Origin: a virus
Taxonomy: Duplodnaviria > Caudoviricetes
IMG/VR virus record: IMGVR_UViG_3300048590_000053
Coordinates: 1 to 29,427 of that record
Strand: one strand, 5' to 3'
Length of the DNA stretch: 29,427 nt
A program made the translations under genes and the position numbers. The notes beneath the pieces are model-generated. The model ran no database searches. It saw only the letters and a program-made list of their open reading frames with translations, and was not told the origin of the DNA. Of the stretch, positions 8,838-19,014 are shown piece after piece (the first letter of the stretch is position 1; each line of letters opens with the position of its first letter).

Positions 8838-9896
8838 TTAGTACGGGTTTGCTGCTGCGTCTGCGAACGCCACGGCGTCCAATTCCTCCCAAGCAACTCC
8901 GAAACGAACGAATACTGTGTACTCAATCGTATCTTTCTTAGGCTTGAACTCCCGGTGGACGGTTACGTCGCGCTGGAATCCCCAAATACGGTTCTGTGGG
9001 AACGTCAACTCAACGTAGTCGTCTGGGAAGTATGGAACCTCCATAACGTCAACACCAAGGGCACGGGTCTGTCGCGCTCCACCTACAGTCTGATCGTTTC
9101 CGTTCAACCAAGTGTTACGGAACTGCTCTGTGTAGATCGAGTCGGCAATCGTACCATTGTGCTTGACGATACCGGCAAACGTGTCTGTGCTAGCATAGAA
9201 CTTCAGCCCAGTCTTGAGAGCGCGGTACTTACGCGGCAAAGCATGAATTACCTTCTCAAGAACCTCTGGCTTCCATTCGTTGTTAGTAACAGTCACCACG
9301 GCTTCGTGTGCATCGCTACCAGCGACAACCTGATTTACAAATCCATTCATGATTGACAAGAATGGAGCGGTAGAGCCGTCACCGTTGATTGCCAAATCCT
9401 CAAGGTCATTAGCAAAAGCGTTGGTCATTAGACGGACCAAGTGGTCTTCTAATGCTGCGCCCTCGATGTTGTCCTCAAGAGACTCGGTGGAAACTTCCCA
9501 ATCAAGACGAATCTTATTTGTGGTAAGTTCAATCTTAGTGAAAACTGCGTTAGCGTTCTGGTATTCTCCGTCAGCCTGTTTCGCTGCGCGGATTACCCTT
9601 TCACCAACGTTAACCTTATCTAGTTCCATTGTATTTGCACGCATGGTCACCTTGCGACCGTCGTTGGCAAGCACAGTTGCGTCCCAGATGTAGTCAATAA
9701 AGCGACGAGACTGCTCAGGCTGGAGAATACCACCAGGGTCACCAGTGGGATTTACGGCATTTGGGCCAGTGGTTACACCGCTAAGACCTCCTGGTACGTT
9801 ACCAAGGACGCCAGCAGCGGGATTACTTACACCACCGATACCACCCGATGCAAACGAACCTGCCTCGGCTGACTTTTCAATGATTTCTTCCGACAT
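8838..9896 (-). CDS. Major capsid protein (HK97 fold)
   Basis: 352 aa after the protease; GGILQPEQSRRFI, DWEVSTESLEDNIEG, FANDLEDLAINGDG; strong GGAGGTG SD; terminator downstream. Confidence 0.93.
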   Translation of the reverse strand: MSEEIIEKSAEAGSFASGGIGGVSNPAAGVLGNVPGGLSGVTTGPNAVNPTGDPGGILQPEQSRRFIDYIWDATVLANDGRKVTMRANTMELDKVNVGERVIRAAKQADGEYQNANAVFTKIELTTNKIRLDWEVSTESLEDNIEGAALEDHLVRLMTNAFANDLEDLAINGDGSTAPFLSIMNGFVNQVVAGSDAHEAVVTVTNNEWKPEVLEKVIHALPRKYRALKTGLKFYASTDTFAGIVKHNGTIADSIYTEQFRNTWLNGNDQTVGGARQTRALGVDVMEVPYFPDDYVELTFPQNRIWGFQRDVTVHREFKPKKDTIEYTVFVRFGVAWEELDAVAFADAAANPY

Positions 9897-9937
9897 TTTT
9901 TATTTTCACCTCCTAGTGAATATTCTCTATTGTGTTT

Positions 9938-10402
9938 CTATAGTTCGGATACTGTGAGGAACGATCCTCCCCATAGAGATTTGGTCTTTTGGACCTTTTC
10001 CTGAGCGACCTCGCCAAGATCGCCAGACTTGCGGAAAGCGGTTGTGTCTTCAACTTTATCAACTCGCTCACCAAACTCTTCTACAGTTTCGGAAGTTTTC
10101 GTTACCTGAGTTTCAATGGAATCCATGCGCTCAGCAACTGACTTCTCGATACCCTGAACCTTCTCGGTCAACGCATTTAGCGTATCTACCATTGACTCAA
10201 GTGCCTTAATGACAAGATCGCTGACTTTATCGTCAACTTCTGCTGCCTCTTCGACTTCATCAGCCTTGACAACTTCCTCTACCGGCTCTGTAACCGCTGG
10301 CTCTTCAACCGCCTCAGACTTCTCAACCTCTGGTTGCTCAACTGTTTCTTCAACCAATTCGGTCTTTTCAACTTCCGTTGTAGTGTCGTCTTGTTCTGCC
10401 AT
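9938..10402 (-). CDS. Nested in-frame scaffolding protein (internal start)
   Basis: AAGGAGG (10411-10417) lies 8 nt before in-frame ATG 10402 (MAEQDDTTTEVEK), at the start of the acidic domain; 154 aa. Confidence 0.65.
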   Translation of the reverse strand: MAEQDDTTTEVEKTELVEETVEQPEVEKSEAVEEPAVTEPVEEVVKADEVEEAAEVDDKVSDLVIKALESMVDTLNALTEKVQGIEKSVAERMDSIETQVTKTSETVEEFGERVDKVEDTTAFRKSGDLGEVAQEKVQKTKSLWGGSFLTVSEL

Positions 10403-11143
10403 ACTATTCGCCTCCTTTACTGTTTCTGGCTTCATATATGTGGAAACCATATCATTAATAATACCAGCCTTTTCAGAGTCTTTTGACTCGACATAGCCGA
10501 CATCATGCATTTGCTTGTGACACACCGGACAATTAATCAACTCTTCTTTGGAGACCTTCACTACGTGGTCTGCTCTACATACAAAGACGGTTTCTAAATC
10601 ACCTTTAATCTCCATACCCTCCATTACCTCGCCCACCTTCTGCACCAACGTAACGTTGGCCAATGGGTTAGCAGGTGTGTCTACTAGGGAAAGTTCTACC
10701 ATTTCGTATTCATCTACGATTCTTACCAGTGCATCAAGGTCTTCATCAAAGACAGAGTGGGTTTCATTGAGTTTACCACCGATTGAAAAGCCGGATAGGG
10801 TTCCGTCAAGTACTTTCTCCCATGTGTCCTGTGCCCCACGAGATACGTAGGCACTCACAAACACTCCACTGTACACTTTATTAGTTGCTTCATCATAGAC
10901 CGATTCTGGTTTGAAAGAAATCATGCGACCAACAGCCTTTTTAGGGTCGTGTTGCTCACGAATATTGCCACGGAAATTCTGAAAAGCCTTGATACTGGCT
11001 TCTAGGGGAACGATATCGCTTTGCTTGTCTAGATTGTCAAGCGTGGCAAAACCATGCACTGTACGTCGTTCGATATCAACTTTGCTGACCGGCAGAGACA
11101 GACGTAGTTCGTCGTCTTCTACGGAATAATTAGTCTCGTACAA
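9938..11143 (-). CDS. Prohead protease fused to scaffold domain
   Basis: HK97-type protease motifs IREQH, GFSIGG, ELSLVDTPANPLA; then a Cys/His cluster and an acidic coiled-coil tail; TTG start with GGGAGGA SD. Confidence 0.9.
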   Translation of the reverse strand: MYETNYSVEDDELRLSLPVSKVDIERRTVHGFATLDNLDKQSDIVPLEASIKAFQNFRGNIREQHDPKKAVGRMISFKPESVYDEATNKVYSGVFVSAYVSRGAQDTWEKVLDGTLSGFSIGGKLNETHSVFDEDLDALVRIVDEYEMVELSLVDTPANPLANVTLVQKVGEVMEGMEIKGDLETVFVCRADHVVKVSKEELINCPVCHKQMHDVGYVESKDSEKAGIINDMVSTYMKPETVKEANSMAEQDDTTTEVEKTELVEETVEQPEVEKSEAVEEPAVTEPVEEVVKADEVEEAAEVDDKVSDLVIKALESMVDTLNALTEKVQGIEKSVAERMDSIETQVTKTSETVEEFGERVDKVEDTTAFRKSGDLGEVAQEKVQKTKSLWGGSFLTVSEL

Positions 11144-11160
11144 GCGTTCCTCCCAGGAAC

Positions 11161-11169
11161 ATTATACCA
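11161..11169 (-). promoter_or_regulatory. Extended -10 promoter TGGTATAAT for protease/capsid genes
   Basis: Motif in the portal-protease gap; predicted start ~11154, at the SD itself. Confidence 0.75.
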
Positions 11170-11179
11170 TAGTATTTTG

Positions 11180-12730
11180 TCATTTTGGGCCGCTGCCCTG
11201 TGGGTTCCTTCCGGCTACTGTAGTGGGGGAGTCAGACGAGTTATTTTCCCTATCAATTGCACGAGAATCATCCCCCCGCGCTTGATTTGCAGCATCAGCA
11301 TTTTGCCTGGCAGTCAATTCAATGACCTCATCCCCACCTGGAATTGGTGGTTTACCAACTTTCTCACGCACCTCATTGGGAGTGAATACCTTGTTGCGCA
11401 GATACTTCTCATCAATTTGCGCCTGAGCAAGTTCGTCCGTCAACGTTAGTTCATTGAGTTTGAGTACCAATACGTCGGTGAATTCTTTGACCACCTTGTT
11501 GAGCATCTTCTCTATTTGGCGCTGCCGTGGTCTGGCTACCTGCTCTTTGAACGTTCTATCGCTAGCCAGCGCCTCTGCCGCGCCACCTTCAGACATACCA
11601 ATCTTAGACAATGGAACTTGGTGTGCTGTCAGAATGTCGTTTCTGTTTTGCCTGTGATACTTTTCAAACGACCCTTCTTGCACACCATTCTCAACGGCCT
11701 CCATCTTGAATTCCACTTTAGTTTGTTCATTATCTGGCGGAAGCGGAATATACAGTGTTCGGTGATTAGTACCACGCAAATCAGTTTGAAGGAACCTAAA
11801 CAACTTCTCTTCAGACTGCGGATCGAGTTGAGCACCCTTAACAGTAATGATATATCGCGGCACCGCTTTGTTTTGAAAGAAGTCGATATTATACTGATTA
11901 GCGTACTGATCGCCAACTATTGCTTGCCCAGCGGCAATGGTGTCAGGTACTCCGTAGTACGTATTCAGTGGAGAATACAGTTTGAAATGGATGATTTCAT
12001 TGGGATTCTGGTCATTTGTTACCGGATTCGGAGCATCGTCTTGAAAGTTACGGAAGAATACTACTTGCCTTCCTATGATTTGGCAATATCCATCGCGTAA
12101 TCTACGCACTCTCATAGTCAGTGATGGAATGTGCCCAACATAACCAATGGTTCCATTTGACTTCCGGCCAATTTCAAGGTATCCATTACCTGTGGCTTCT
12201 GTGTCTGTAATGACCTTTTCAAGAATAGTCATTAGCGTTTCAGAGTCATTGAAGTCATCGAATAGCGAGTCCATGCCCACCTTAAGGCGTTCGATCTTCT
12301 TGCGTGCGGCCTGACGCTGCTTATCAGTTTCTTTAGCATCTACTTTTGATACTGCATCAGCAGACAACTCCCAATGGTACCCTAGACCAACCATATTTGC
12401 TACTTTAGTGTCTACAGCCGCATGGTTAGCAAACGACGTTTCATAATATCGTGCAAGTTCATCAAGGCTATATGGTGGGGTGATAACGTCCAACATGCCG
12501 TATGCCGTAATATATGATTGCTCAGTAGTAATGGCAGTGGAGCCGTCTCGCTTTTCAAGTCTAGTAGCACGACGCTTAAAGTTTGGTGACAGACCAGTTA
12601 GATCGTCTTTGATATCAGACCATTTAGTCATGAATACATCATGAGTTTTAGCGGCTTCTTTTACTTCATTACCCGCCTTGACTCCTGAAACGACATAACT
12701 GCCGTCTTCATCTACCCACCAATTACTCAC
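11180..12730 (-). CDS. Portal protein
   Basis: 516 aa; DTEATGNGYLEI, NEIIHFKLYSPLNTYYGVP, FFQNKAVP, ILTAHQVP, FTPNEVREKVGKPPIPGGD. Confidence 0.93.
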   Translation of the reverse strand: MSNWWVDEDGSYVVSGVKAGNEVKEAAKTHDVFMTKWSDIKDDLTGLSPNFKRRATRLEKRDGSTAITTEQSYITAYGMLDVITPPYSLDELARYYETSFANHAAVDTKVANMVGLGYHWELSADAVSKVDAKETDKQRQAARKKIERLKVGMDSLFDDFNDSETLMTILEKVITDTEATGNGYLEIGRKSNGTIGYVGHIPSLTMRVRRLRDGYCQIIGRQVVFFRNFQDDAPNPVTNDQNPNEIIHFKLYSPLNTYYGVPDTIAAGQAIVGDQYANQYNIDFFQNKAVPRYIITVKGAQLDPQSEEKLFRFLQTDLRGTNHRTLYIPLPPDNEQTKVEFKMEAVENGVQEGSFEKYHRQNRNDILTAHQVPLSKIGMSEGGAAEALASDRTFKEQVARPRQRQIEKMLNKVVKEFTDVLVLKLNELTLTDELAQAQIDEKYLRNKVFTPNEVREKVGKPPIPGGDEVIELTARQNADAANQARGDDSRAIDRENNSSDSPTTVAGRNPQGSGPK

Positions 12731-13071
12731 TCGGCGTCACCATACTGGGCTGCCCCGCGCTTTGCGTCCATGACAGCCCCAACATCATTGAGAGAAGGAA
12801 TGTAGCCTTGCTTTAGTCGATCAACTTGCTCGGAGTACTCTTCATCGGTGGCACGCGCTCCACCGGCCAGGAAGTATGGGTTGCCCTCAGGCTGTCCGTA
12901 GTACGCAGCGGCTTGACTAATCAAAGTCATCTTTGAAATGTCGCCACGCAATGACTGCACATTCAAATAGTTACCATCGTCATCTTTGAAAAACTTGCCG
13001 TCTGGCTTTTTCCATAGATACAATCCATAATCTGCATCGTTTTCAACTCTTTGTACACGCACTTTACCCAT
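12727..13071 (-). CDS. Hypothetical protein coupled to portal (start revised to 13071)
   Basis: Promoter motif 6 nt before ATG 13071 (MGKVRVQRV); the revised start removes the overlap with the upstream gene; GTGA coupling to portal. Confidence 0.75.
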   Translation of the reverse strand: MGKVRVQRVENDADYGLYLWKKPDGKFFKDDDGNYLNVQSLRGDISKMTLISQAAAYYGQPEGNPYFLAGGARATDEEYSEQVDRLKQGYIPSLNDVGAVMDAKRGAAQYGDAE

Positions 13072-13077
13072 GAGCCA

Positions 13078-13086
13078 ATTGTACCA
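13078..13086 (-). promoter_or_regulatory. Leaderless extended -10 promoter TGGTACAAT
   Basis: 6 nt before ATG 13071. Confidence 0.8.
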
Positions 13087-13088
13087 TA

Positions 13089-16000
13089 CTATTTGGTAAT
13101 AACGCCCATTGGAGCCCACTCGATATCTCTCACAACGAATACGTCGTGCATTTTGGTACCAACGGAGGCCGCAAACTCTGCCTGTGGCGCAATTCCAGTC
13201 AACAGGTCGGCCATTTCTGCCCGTTCAATATCCACTTCAACAACGCTACCAAGATCGTACAACTGCCGCCATGTGGCGTCATAATCTCCACCTGGCGTTC
13301 TCCAATAGTCCCAATCGTCAATGCCAAGTTCCTCCCAGCGGCGATAAACAGCAGTACCACGAACGCTTGCATTGAGTCGTCCATGAATAGTGATATTGTC
13401 ATAAGACAATCTCCCACCTAATCTCAAATATGCCACTTCGTTCTGAGTGTCGTATGGTGTGGTAAGTGAAATCTGTACCAGTGACCATTCTCCAACATGG
13501 ATCATGGGATTGACCGCCAACTTGCCTGACATATACCATTGGATATTTGTGTGCGGCTGGCCAGATGCATCCCTTGCCTCTAACGTGTATCGTGAACCTA
13601 GCGGCTTAGCATAGATGTGAAACACCACGTTAGCACCAACCTCTAATGTTGCCACCTTAAACTCGCTAAGTACTGGGTATTCAGAATACAACATCATGCT
13701 TACCCCTGCAATTTGACGAGTTGCAATGGCATTCGATTTACGGTGCCAGCGCATAGCGAAGCCTGAATCGTACCCCGGCAGAATCTGAGCCTTTGGCTTG
13801 TATCCACTTCTATTTGATTTATACAGGTAATTGAATCCTCGTTTAGTAGTTTCAAACACGTTGGGGTAATCCATCAAGTAATACGAACCATTGTGATGAT
13901 ATGGGTACACCTCATTCCCCTCTTGGGTTCCGATAGCAGTCCACTTCGTAGCATCTGAGGCCCATGACGTTAACTCAAAACTCTTCAACTTGACGGGGGT
14001 AGACCTGACGCCTTGAGAGGTCAATACATGATAGAACGTTAGTGCATATTGAGATTGATCCTGGTATGGAACTACAATCGCATACCCGTCTTGAATCAAC
14101 TGTCGCTTATTGTCGTTGTCCAGGTACACCGTTGTCATTCCATCAACCGGCAGCGGCTCCCTGAGTGTATAGTCTGTAGGAGAGTCGGTAAGTAGATGCA
14201 GTGCCGCCCACGTTTGCACATCTGTGTGCGACGGATCATATACCGGGATTCTAATATCTGATAGCGCTTGATAGTCTACATGATCATTGAGAAGGTTGGT
14301 ATAGTCTTGCCCATGATACAAAAGGCTGAGTTGACGGTAATCAATCTGCATATCGTGCTCGTTCAACTCTTTGTCCTCTGACAGCGTAGCGTATGACGCA
14401 TAATCTGCCAGTAGATCAGCGTATGTCTTGGCCCAATACCTTTGCTGAAGTTGAAGGTAGGTAATCTGTTCATAACTTGACGTTGGCAGTGTAGGTCGAG
14501 TCTTGCCTATTGTTGCCTGAATGAAATCAAACATATCCACGTTCTCGCCCACTACGTTGCTCACTCGCTTAGTGAATAGTGAAGCGGGTATGGTTTCTTG
14601 CCAATGCCCACTGGATGCAACGTCAAGTGTAAAGTTGCCAAATTCTGTAACTGACTTCAATGTGTAGGTTCCCACCGGCATCGGCTTGGTGTACGAGTCC
14701 ATCATGAGGTCTGCTATGCCATCGACAAATGTGGTGGGTGAGTGTTGGGTCTGCCACCCATCATTGAATGTGACCCCATACACCTTACCTGAAAACGATA
14801 CCCCCTCACCGCCGCCGAACAGGATTTCAGTAGATGCAGGTTGAGAGAACAATTGGCTCATCTGCGGATACTTCGTTAGCAACTGAGCAATGTGAATTCC
14901 TATGGTAAATTGACGATTCAACTCAATGGTCTTTGTGGTTAGGATGGTTGATCCTGTATAATCGCTATAGTCGTAGACTAGGGTGGTTCCACTAATTGAT
15001 ACGGTAAGTGCTGTCTGAGTGTCCATTTTGCGAACGGTAAGGATGGTTGCATTACCCCCGCTTGATTCAATAACCGATTCAATAGATTGAATAGCGGCCC
15101 CTCTGAGGAAGTTCAGCGAGTCCCAATACAAATAAGGCTCTGACGTAAAACCCGTTGGCTTTACTCTAAACGGTTGTTCTGGATATACGAACTGGCAATA
15201 GACGTTTGAGAATTGAGCAAAGTTGGTACCGGCTGGTGCCTTGACACCCCAAGTAATAGAAGTTGTGCCCTCAGGAACAACGCTACCAATCTTGCACACC
15301 GATGGGTTGCTGCCAGAGAAGTCTGTCACGCGGGTAACGCCATTTATTGTCGTTGTGATTTGTGGAGTAGTACCTGAGTATTTAGACTCAGCACTGACGA
15401 TGAAGATGGTGCCCCTGGGCAAATTAGCAGGAATAGATATTGTATTCGTACAACTACTGTTAGCAACCGATGTGTACACGCTACCCATTGATGCATTAGT
15501 AGAAAACCCAGTACCACTAGTGTTATTGGCAGAGTGATCTAGCGGGGTAGTGTTTCCAGATGTTTTAGAAGCAGATGGTCTACTGAATGCATTGGACTGA
15601 CTCCATGACTGACTTCCCGGCCTAACGATGTCTGGCAATTCGTACATAGAAAGAGATAGTTCGTCAGAGGTCTCTAGGTTAACTGATGCTCCGCTAGAGT
15701 AACTCATGTTGTCTGGATATGTAAGGTTAGTAGCAAATTTAGACGTTGAGAAGTCAGCACTAAATGTTTTACCGTCAAAGCGGTCAGCGATCAATGCGTA
15801 TGGATCAGTACCCTGCCCAGCGACGAATCTTGCTTTAGCAATCATTGATGGTACGCCATACGGATACGTGGCAACAGAAGATATGTGAACCGGATGAATG
15901 GAAGTATCTGTATAAAAACCAATTGACAAATCATCTGAGAAGTACGATGTGTCCGGTGAGCGGTCCACCTCAATCACTACCTCGCCATTCACCATAACGT

Positions 16001-16997
16001 ATGACTTGGAAGTCTCTACTACCCAATGCACTAGCATTGGATAATCAATAGTACCTATATCATGACCAAACTCTACCCCCGCGATTGATAGAACCAACGT
16101 CGTGTTCTTAACATATAGTCCATCCATACTTCCCATCGGGCCAACCAATCTAATCGGTTTGGTACCCGCCTTGCCAATCTTTGTCCAGAATTCTAAGGTG
16201 ACCGCTCCATTGGCATTATTGACACCCATAAAGTTAGACCTCTTCAACTCAAGACATGGCTGCTCTGGAATCCAAGGGCATAGCATGGTAGCATAGTCTG
16301 TACCGAAATGAATAGGCAGCCCAGACTTAATAGCAGTGAGGTGCCCACCACCATTCTTTACCTCTAGTGTGCTGGGACCGCCATTGAGCGACGTTATCTC
16401 GTATCCACTTGGCAGCCCTAGACACACAGACGCCATTGATTCAGCATCCTGGCCAACGGTGAGCGCATTGATGTAGTACTCGTAGTGCTCAGCGCCTCCA
16501 CCAGTTGTGTAGTTCAATTCGAATACCGCCCTTTGCTGATAGGGGCCGGGTACTACATCTGAAATATCAAATGAATTGGCAAAGTACAACCATCGTGGGG
16601 CAGGTATCGGTGGCACTGGAATGGTAACAGACTTCGTTTGCCACGTTCCCGTATTCCACTGATACTTGACGGTAACAGTAGAGACCTTGTTAGAGTGAAT
16701 CCTAATGTGCGCCCCTACATGCATGTTAAGGCCAGCGCGATTTTCTTTAACCAAGCCTAAATCTGGGGTAGTTACTGACAATACCCCGTTTGATGCAGGA
16801 ATAGAACGATAGAACTTGCTGACTATTGAACGTTGTACCGGCGCGTCTTCATCTAATGAGAACGAGTTAGTAACGGTACAGTTGGAGCCAACAAGCGATC
16901 CTCGCTGTTCTTCTGTAATTAGTGATCGGTACCCACACAATGCCCCCTCAAAATATGCCGAGGGCAAGTCTTGAAGGATTTTGTTCTTGTAGTACAC
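13089..16997 (-). CDS. Large virion structural protein with LamG/concanavalin-like domains
   Basis: 1302 aa beta-rich; MYYKNKILQDLPSAYF N-terminus and VTLEFWTKI...LVHWV...VMVNGE LamG-like pattern. Confidence 0.65.
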   Translation of the reverse strand: MYYKNKILQDLPSAYFEGALCGYRSLITEEQRGSLVGSNCTVTNSFSLDEDAPVQRSIVSKFYRSIPASNGVLSVTTPDLGLVKENRAGLNMHVGAHIRIHSNKVSTVTVKYQWNTGTWQTKSVTIPVPPIPAPRWLYFANSFDISDVVPGPYQQRAVFELNYTTGGGAEHYEYYINALTVGQDAESMASVCLGLPSGYEITSLNGGPSTLEVKNGGGHLTAIKSGLPIHFGTDYATMLCPWIPEQPCLELKRSNFMGVNNANGAVTLEFWTKIGKAGTKPIRLVGPMGSMDGLYVKNTTLVLSIAGVEFGHDIGTIDYPMLVHWVVETSKSYVMVNGEVVIEVDRSPDTSYFSDDLSIGFYTDTSIHPVHISSVATYPYGVPSMIAKARFVAGQGTDPYALIADRFDGKTFSADFSTSKFATNLTYPDNMSYSSGASVNLETSDELSLSMYELPDIVRPGSQSWSQSNAFSRPSASKTSGNTTPLDHSANNTSGTGFSTNASMGSVYTSVANSSCTNTISIPANLPRGTIFIVSAESKYSGTTPQITTTINGVTRVTDFSGSNPSVCKIGSVVPEGTTSITWGVKAPAGTNFAQFSNVYCQFVYPEQPFRVKPTGFTSEPYLYWDSLNFLRGAAIQSIESVIESSGGNATILTVRKMDTQTALTVSISGTTLVYDYSDYTGSTILTTKTIELNRQFTIGIHIAQLLTKYPQMSQLFSQPASTEILFGGGEGVSFSGKVYGVTFNDGWQTQHSPTTFVDGIADLMMDSYTKPMPVGTYTLKSVTEFGNFTLDVASSGHWQETIPASLFTKRVSNVVGENVDMFDFIQATIGKTRPTLPTSSYEQITYLQLQQRYWAKTYADLLADYASYATLSEDKELNEHDMQIDYRQLSLLYHGQDYTNLLNDHVDYQALSDIRIPVYDPSHTDVQTWAALHLLTDSPTDYTLREPLPVDGMTTVYLDNDNKRQLIQDGYAIVVPYQDQSQYALTFYHVLTSQGVRSTPVKLKSFELTSWASDATKWTAIGTQEGNEVYPYHHNGSYYLMDYPNVFETTKRGFNYLYKSNRSGYKPKAQILPGYDSGFAMRWHRKSNAIATRQIAGVSMMLYSEYPVLSEFKVATLEVGANVVFHIYAKPLGSRYTLEARDASGQPHTNIQWYMSGKLAVNPMIHVGEWSLVQISLTTPYDTQNEVAYLRLGGRLSYDNITIHGRLNASVRGTAVYRRWEELGIDDWDYWRTPGGDYDATWRQLYDLGSVVEVDIERAEMADLLTGIAPQAEFAASVGTKMHDVFVVRDIEWAPMGVITK

Positions 16998-17003
16998 TAA
17001 TTC

Positions 17004-17012
17004 ATTATATCA
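17004..17012 (-). promoter_or_regulatory. Leaderless extended -10 promoter TGATATAAT
   Basis: 6 nt before GTG 16997; its TGA is also the RNR stop codon. Confidence 0.8.
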
Positions 17013-19007
17013 GATAGCGCAGGTGTCATTTGAGCAGTACTTTTCTCCAATTGCCTCAAGGTTGTCTACTCCGGTGTAGATTGCGTCGAAGTCGATCTTT
17101 TTGAGTTGGCCAAGGTATGCATTGTATTCGTCTTCGGTGATTTGTGTATAGGGCATTTGAGCATACGTTGTATTGCTCATCGGCAGCATTGATACTGTTT
17201 TAAGGTCACCCTCATACATCTTCAACACCTTGTCGATGTCTTTTCGTTCCGACTCTGGATCAAATGTCACCGTCACCGACACTGAGTTATCAGCCCAGTA
17301 TCTTTGCACTTCAGACGCCAAATGAATCTTCTCATAAATAGATACATCTTTTTCACTGCGCACCATATCAGTTTTAATCGGGAAGTATACAACATACGTG
17401 TCGTCGGAATATTGATCCTCTTCAATTTGGTATCCAGCAATCCTAAACAAATGTAACATTTTGTCATTTGATGCGAAGCGGACTGCCCTCTTGTAGAACT
17501 GCCCCCCTGGAGGCCAATGGACACCTGGAGTCGATCCTGATAGAAGAGACACGCTACCACTTGGCTTTGCGCATGTCGTTCTAATTGACTCCCTCACACC
17601 AAGCCATTCAGAATATACTTTATCTAGCCTTTGAATTTCATCATAACCAGCATCTGCCCATTTCCTAAACAAAGGCAACCCTTGATTATCAACAAATTCG
17701 GCTATGCCAGTAATAGACGTTCCAATACGCCTGTTGCGCTGAATGACAGCGTTAGTCTCTGGCCAGTGAGTCGGCATTAGCGTGATTGTCTTGCTAAACA
17801 GATAGGCAAACTTAAGTGTGCGTAAAAAGTCTTCTAGCGAGTCGTGATTCCTGATATGAATTTCATTGAGATTACAAAGTTCTTTAGACTCTAGCGAAAT
17901 TTCAGCACAGGGGTTGGTCCCGATGGAGCGATGATCTTTGTAATCCGGCTCGTCTTTGGTGCGACCGTACTTCTGCATATTGTCAAGAAACAAGAACCCT
18001 GGCTCACCGTTATCTGCAATGCGGTCTGCTACTTTTGAATAGTCATATCCATCTTCATCAACAACGATTGTATTATTAGACGCCCACCCGTATTCTGCTC
18101 GCTCTGGATTCTTGTCATAGTTCTTAAGGTCTAAGAATTCTTCATCATTTTTGTTGCCAAGCGCAATGAGTGCGCTTCGCCTAATATTTCCAGCCACGAC
18201 CATTCCGGCAATCATATTGACAATATCAACAATAACTCTGCTGTCTAATACGCACCCAGTTTTCTCATCTAGCAGTTTTACAATTCGTTCGTGAAATTTG
18301 GTCAATGGCGCTGGGCCGGAACTGGTGCCCCCGAAACCCTTAATGGGCTGGCCTGGGCCGCGAATCTCTGAATAATCAAAACTTATTTGCTTGTTGGTGC
18401 GCAAATATGAATTGAGCAGCAGTCTAACGCTTTCTACCCACCCCTCTCTACTATCTGGAATGACAAAAATGTCGTCGCTTGGCTCTGGCTTAGAAATATA
18501 AATATTTTTTTCGCCCCCCCTAGTATCAAACCCAGCGCCAATTCCTAGCATAAGTGCATCAGTAATCCATGCAAACACGGCACCTGGATTGTGACGCTCA
18601 ATGTCGCCAGTAGAAATGAACGAGCAGTTGTACTGACCAGCAATTAAACCGCGTTCGTGAACCATTGAAGTACCAGACACCCACAACCCACGCCCTGGCG
18701 GCGTCCACTTAAGATTAAACATTCTATCAAACGCTTCCTTGGCAGAAGCCTGTGCCTTATTGTCATTCCAAGGGAGTTTGTTATTTTTAGCCCAGTCCTT
18801 TTGAATGGAGTACATACCATTGATAACGCGCTCGCATACCTCCCACCACTTTTCTTTGGTGCCATCGTCTTTGATGCGCGAATACGTCCTGATGAAGGTA
18901 ATCTCCCCCAGACTATTACCACCGGCATCTCTGAATCCAAATGGTGGCTCTACTGCTTTGTACTTCTCAATGAAGTCTGGTAGTAGTTTAAAACTAAAGT
19001 CCGACAC
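17010..19007 (-). CDS. nrdJ: Class II adenosylcobalamin-dependent ribonucleotide reductase, monomeric RTPR type
   Basis: RTYSR, PPGRGLW, YNCSF, GNIRRSA, TNPCAEI (catalytic Cys), KPSGSVSLL, C-terminal CSNDTC; AGGAG SD. Confidence 0.95.
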   Translation of the reverse strand: MSDFSFKLLPDFIEKYKAVEPPFGFRDAGGNSLGEITFIRTYSRIKDDGTKEKWWEVCERVINGMYSIQKDWAKNNKLPWNDNKAQASAKEAFDRMFNLKWTPPGRGLWVSGTSMVHERGLIAGQYNCSFISTGDIERHNPGAVFAWITDALMLGIGAGFDTRGGEKNIYISKPEPSDDIFVIPDSREGWVESVRLLLNSYLRTNKQISFDYSEIRGPGQPIKGFGGTSSGPAPLTKFHERIVKLLDEKTGCVLDSRVIVDIVNMIAGMVVAGNIRRSALIALGNKNDEEFLDLKNYDKNPERAEYGWASNNTIVVDEDGYDYSKVADRIADNGEPGFLFLDNMQKYGRTKDEPDYKDHRSIGTNPCAEISLESKELCNLNEIHIRNHDSLEDFLRTLKFAYLFSKTITLMPTHWPETNAVIQRNRRIGTSITGIAEFVDNQGLPLFRKWADAGYDEIQRLDKVYSEWLGVRESIRTTCAKPSGSVSLLSGSTPGVHWPPGGQFYKRAVRFASNDKMLHLFRIAGYQIEEDQYSDDTYVVYFPIKTDMVRSEKDVSIYEKIHLASEVQRYWADNSVSVTVTFDPESERKDIDKVLKMYEGDLKTVSMLPMSNTTYAQMPYTQITEDEYNAYLGQLKKIDFDAIYTGVDNLEAIGEKYCSNDTCAI

Positions 19008-19014
19008 TGCTCTC

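Noticed and set aside
17010-19007. Intein or intron in RNR
   Set aside because: 665 aa is a normal length, with contiguous motifs.
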